From NCBI RefSeq assembly GCF_009914755.1, contig NC_060940.1: DNA of 64,000 bases. The stretch is one strand, 5' to 3'. The notes below the pieces were generated by a model that worked only from the letters and a program-made list of their open reading frames with translations, did not search any database and was not told where the DNA came from. This DNA is from the human T2T-CHM13v2.0 reference genome, Homo sapiens. Positions within the stretch are counted from its first letter, which is position 1. Each line of letters starts with the position of its first letter. The position numbers and the translations under genes were made by a program. Positions 58,742 through 64,000 of this stretch are shown here, one piece after another.

Positions 58742-60589
58742 TAAAATGGGGCTGACGATAGTGGGAACTAAATGAGTGATTTGTGAGAAGCACCTGGAAC
58801 AGTGGTGGTTGTGGGGCACACGTAGAGCCAGCGCCATCGTTCAGGTCAGCGTCAGAGGTGGTGGGGTTGGCACAGCCCTATCAAGCTGCTTGGGCAGACT
58901 CCAGAGCAGCCTCCAGTGAGGATGTGGCTTCTCAGCTTCTCACCCCCAATGACTCCCCAAAGGTAGTGTCGCAGGAGACACAGGGTCGGGGAGACCTCCC
59001 GGACTGTCAGTTCCTGGGCCACCTTAGCTGTTGACTCAACCTGTGAGGGTGAGATGTTGGTAAATGACCTGGGTCCCTTAATAACATGGATGAGGCAGTG
59101 TTTAAGGCGGAGTCCTGAAGAAGCAGGCTGGGCTGAGGACCCAGGTGCTAAGAATGGCGCATCACCTGGTGTCTGGTGTCCTTTGGAAAGCGAGCATCAT
59201 CTGTATCTTGGAAGGGTGGAGTGGCGGTGACATTAGATGTGAACTTGTGGGGCCCAGCATGTCATAGGCCCTCAGTATCGCTCACCCCCTCCCTTCTCCT
59301 CCTCTTCTCTCTTGACATTTAGGCAAATGCCCAGGCGGTAGATTGAGGGTCTCAGAGCCAATGAAAACACTAGCTTTCCACCATCAGTTGTCAGAAATTT
59401 GTGAAGAAAATTCTGGAAAAGTAGGCGTGTGACCCAGAACTTGCGATCGGTGCCAGGGCACTGGGTGGGACAGTGTAGCGGGAGTCCTAATGGAAGCCTC
59501 TGGATCGAGTCCCGTCGTAACCAGGCTGCAGTGAGCCGGGCAGCTCTTCTAGCAGAGCAGGAGAGACGCCAGCTCCTGGGCCTCAGCCTGTGTCCGCCCT
59601 GGCAGCAGAGCCTCCTCGTCCTCACCCTTCCGTTCCAGCGGGAGTGGGTGGGGTGGCGAGCGTCGGGCTGATGAGCTCCCTGTGTGAAGGGGTCCCTGTG
59701 CTGAGCCCATTGGAGCTTTTCAGTTGCCAGGCAAGGTTCTGGGCAGACATTATTGCGACCATCTCACAGATGAGCATATTGAGGCTCCACCCAGAACAGG
59801 GCCCATAGGGCCCTCGAACACCGCCTCCAGCATTAGTTCACTCTGTTTTCTCTGAGCTTCCCTGTCATCTTTTAGAGGCCTCTCTTGGGGGCATTTGCAG
59901 ATTCTGCCTCGTACTGTGTTATTTCAGTTTGGTGTTACATCTTATACCTTTTAGACCTTCTTTGAAGGCCTTCTCACAAATGGTACGCATTCAGTACAAC
60001 ATCCTTGAACTGAACTGAAGTGCCGTTTGAGGCAGCACCTAGCATGGTGCCTGGCAAACATAAGGTGCTCAATAAATGCTTGTTGAGTCCATGGGTAAGC
60101 TTTCCCTGGGTCCCGGGCTTACAACTGGCAAAGACTGGGGCTGCGCCTACCCAGCCGGTTCGCTTCTCCTTGGGGTTGCGTTTCTTTAAAAACAAATTAC
60201 AGGTTCTCAGATGGATAATGACAGGCCCCACATTTTCACAGGAGAAATCTGTCTGGGAAACTTTAAATAAGGCAACAAGGAGAAGCAGTCGGGGCCGGGG
60301 AATCCATGTTGCTGCCGTTCTTGGGGCCAAGGGCCTCCAGAGGGGACTGGGTGGGAAGCAGAGTGGGCAGCCGTGGCCCCACCCAGCAGGGCCCTGGTCG
60401 CCCTCCGTGGAGGGAGTGGGCGGCGCATGAGTTAGCCGACCTGTGTCATTTGAGGCCGGAGCAGTTTTCCTTTCGCTCACGCAGAACACCAGGCCCGTTT
60501 GCCTCCTCTGAGGCCAGGAGGTGTGTGGAGCAGACGCCCAGTTTTCACCTGGTGAATCCAAGAGCTCACAGAACCAGGACAGACAGGGC

Positions 60590-60912
<323 letters not shown>

Positions 60913-60944
60913 ACTTGTTCTCCCAAGGATGGGCTCTCACCACC

Positions 60945-61395
60945 TCTCCAGCCCCCATGTCCTTTCTCCCCACTCTGCGTGGCTGCCCTGGAGGCACTGC
61001 CTTCTTGCTATTGCTCCACAGCACCAGGCATGCTTGTGCCCCAGGGCCTTGGTACCTGCTGTCCTCCTGCCCGGAACACCCAGAGCTCCCTTCCTCACTT
61101 CTTCTAGGAGTCTACTCACATGACCTCCTAGAAATCACACTCCCGTCACTCCAGTCTTATTTAGCGTGGCTTAGTTTCCTCTGCGCCCCCTGCCCCCATC
61201 ACCCCGATCTTATTTAGGTCGCCTTAGTTTCCTGTGTACCCCTGGCCCTCTATATGTTGTATGTGTATTTGCCAGTCTGTGACACCTCCAGGCAACTGGA
61301 AGGACAGGGACCTTGTCTGTCTCTTCTGCCGGTGTCCTAGAACAGTTCCTGGCACACAGTAGGTGCTCAACTCCATCTGTAGCCTGAGTGAATGC
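60945..61395 (+). mobile_element. L2 3' region
   Basis: cagggccttggtacctgctgt...cctagaacagttcctggcacacagtaggtgctcaa. Confidence 0.8.
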
Positions 61396-61658
61396 TCGTG
61401 TAGCTCAAGTGTGCAGGCTTGTGGAATCCCAAGGGGTCCTTGAAGTAATGATTTCTTCAGCACAGGGGTTTCAGAAGCTGCAGCACAAGGAGAGAGGAGG
61501 GCGAAGAAGGGATCCACTCCATGGTTTCTCCCCTCTTCTGCCTGAGCTGGTCTGCTTTTCTCTAAATTATATACTTATTTTTGTTTGAAAGGAAGGGCGA
61601 AAAGAATTCTGCCAGCAATGTACTGAGGCCCCTGTTTGTACTAAAAATTAAAAAATTA

Positions 61659-61988
61659 GGCCAGGCATGGTGACTCACAACTGTAACCCCAACACTTGGG
61701 GAGACTGAGGCAGGAGGATCATTTGAGCCCGGGGGAGTTTGAAGTGGCAGTGAGCCACGATCATGCTGCTACACTCCAGCCTGGGTGACAGAGCAAGAGC
61801 CAGCTCTTAAAAAAATTTTGTTAATATAAATAATAATGTAACTGGGTGTGGTGGTGTGCTCCTGTAGTCCAGCTACTTGGGTGGCTGAGGCAGGGGGATC
61901 GCTTGAGCCCAGGACTTTTGTGCCACTGCCCTCCAGCCTGGGTGACAGAGTGAGAGCCTGTCTTAAAAAAAAAAAAAAAGAAAAAAAA
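61659..61988 (+). mobile_element. Two tandem partial Alu (AluJ/FRAM-like) arms
   Basis: ~61659-61820 and ~61842-61988, each ending ctccagcctgggtgacagag plus A tail. Confidence 0.85.
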
Positions 61989-62785
61989 GTTCTGCCTGTA
62001 ACTGACGGAAGAATCTAGAGGCTGATTGGAACATCTAGAGTAACAGCCTCGGACACTGAGGCTCCTAGAAGGACCTAAGCAGATGCAGCCTAAGGTCCTG
62101 AGCCAGCTGGGGTAGAGCCAGACCCCAAGTCCAGCTTCCTGACCGCCAGGGCCGTGTCCACCCACTGAGCCTGGCCGCGGCTCCTCCCTGCCTGGGCAGT
62201 GACCATTGCTAGGGGCTGGCGTGGAGCCTGCGTGGGAAGGTGCCTGAGGCTCTGCACCCAGCAACTTGCAGGTCAGAAGAGCTGGGACTGGGTGGACCTT
62301 CCAAGGCGCTCAGAGCAGTGTTGTTTCCAAGTTCAACATTCTGCCTTGCCAGCGGCTAGCTCAGTGTCACATGGCACACGTTCCAGGAAACAGAGCGGCC
62401 TCTGCCATCCCTGGAGGCCAGTCTGGGTCTGATAGTACCGGGTGGGTCAGCACCCTGAAAGCCCCGGGCGGGCGGGGGGGAAGGTGGCAGTGGGGGAAGG
62501 GGAGCAGCCCACCCAGAGTTGCTGAGAACTCCCGGAGGCTTCTGGAAATATTGTAACTGGCCACACTGTTTGCACTTTCAAACCTTGTTGCAAAGAAAAA
62601 TAAATACATAAACCTAATCAGAGGAGGTTTGCAAGCAGTGACCAAGGGACTGTTTGTACTGCAGTGAGCCAACAGTGGATACTTGCAGGGGTCTTCTGGG
62701 TTCAGGACCTCTCTGCCGTGCTCTAGGGATGTTGTTCCCAGCCCTCTTGGGTGACTTTGAGCAAAGGGCTGTTATCTCCATTTTG

Positions 62786-63100
<315 letters not shown>

Positions 63101-64000
63101 TGAGGAAACTGAGGCTCAGACGACTTCGGGGTCAGTGCTGATTGGTGAGTGACCCTGCGGGGACTAGATGTCAGTTGGTCTGAGTCAAAAGCTCATGCTT
63201 TTTCCTACTTTGTCACCTCCCAAAATAGCATTTGGAAGGGAAAACAGAACAGGGCGTCATTGTTTGTTGTTTCTGACCGTTTGTGGTTCGTGGTGGAGAC
63301 AGAATCTTGGGGCAAGACGTGAGAGGCAATTTCAGGTGGGCCTGGAACTTGAAGGGCTGCAGTCTCAAAACCAAAGATTGGGTCACATGGTTCAATAGAG
63401 CGTTTTTGTGCTGTCTCCGGGTGGGAGACAGCATTCAGTGCCAAAGCCTTGACATTTCCAGAACCTTCTGAGGGTTGCTGGAGACCACGAAATGGCAAGA
63501 TAGAATTAGTGGCCCACTTGGACTGCCTCTAGAAAGGGTGAGAGCCTAGAGGTCAGTGGCACTGGCGGACCAGGCCTTGGGAGTTAGAGTCTCAGGAGGC
63601 TGCCAAGGTGAGCTGAATTCTGGAAGAAGGGAGACAGGCCCAGAGAGACAGGGCGTCTGGGGGGAAAGTCGCCGGCCTGGAGGAGGGGGCGAGTTGCCAG
63701 GTGGATGGCACAGCCTGGTAGCTCGCGGGAGGTGAGGTGGGGCATGAAATGAGGGACCCCAATCCCAAGGCCTATGTGGTGGGAACCTGCCAACTCTCAG
63801 AGGCTCTGCCCAGTGACTGCCCCCACCCCTGATTCTGGCCAGGCTGAGCAGTGGGGGGAGGTCTGGAGACCTGTGTCCAGGGCCGGCCCCAAGGGGGGCA
63901 ACTGTGCAGACACTTGGGGCCCCAGGCTGACTTCCACGCTCCCCCATTGCCACCCTAATGTGCTGCATTGTTGTTGAGTGAGGAGTTCCCCCTTAGATGA

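Overview
Human-type genomic DNA: GC-rich and densely interspersed with Alu, MIR, L2, ancient L1M, MaLR/MER21 LTR and hAT/MITE relics. I see no convincing protein-coding exon. Three landmarks recognised from memory, not from a search, place it on chr16q24.1, probably in the large 5' intron of the long GSE1 isoform. They are a processed COX6C pseudogene on the minus strand (~18.55-19.25 kb), the 119-aa dubious ORF of LINC00311/TMEM148 (23284-23643), and the MIR5093 hairpin (46382-46481, minus). I found no evidence for a new multi-gene system, CRISPR array or foreign insert. The best leads are: a COX6C retrocopy that keeps pre-anthropoid residues and possibly a long 3' UTR; an LTR-derived start codon and predicted NMD for the LINC00311 ORF; a MER53 hairpin 2 nt from miR-1302; four co-oriented CTCF motifs; a repeated TALE/homeodomain 15-mer; nested transposon stacks; and several local tandem duplications. 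Repeat boundaries and subfamily calls were made by eye and are approximate.
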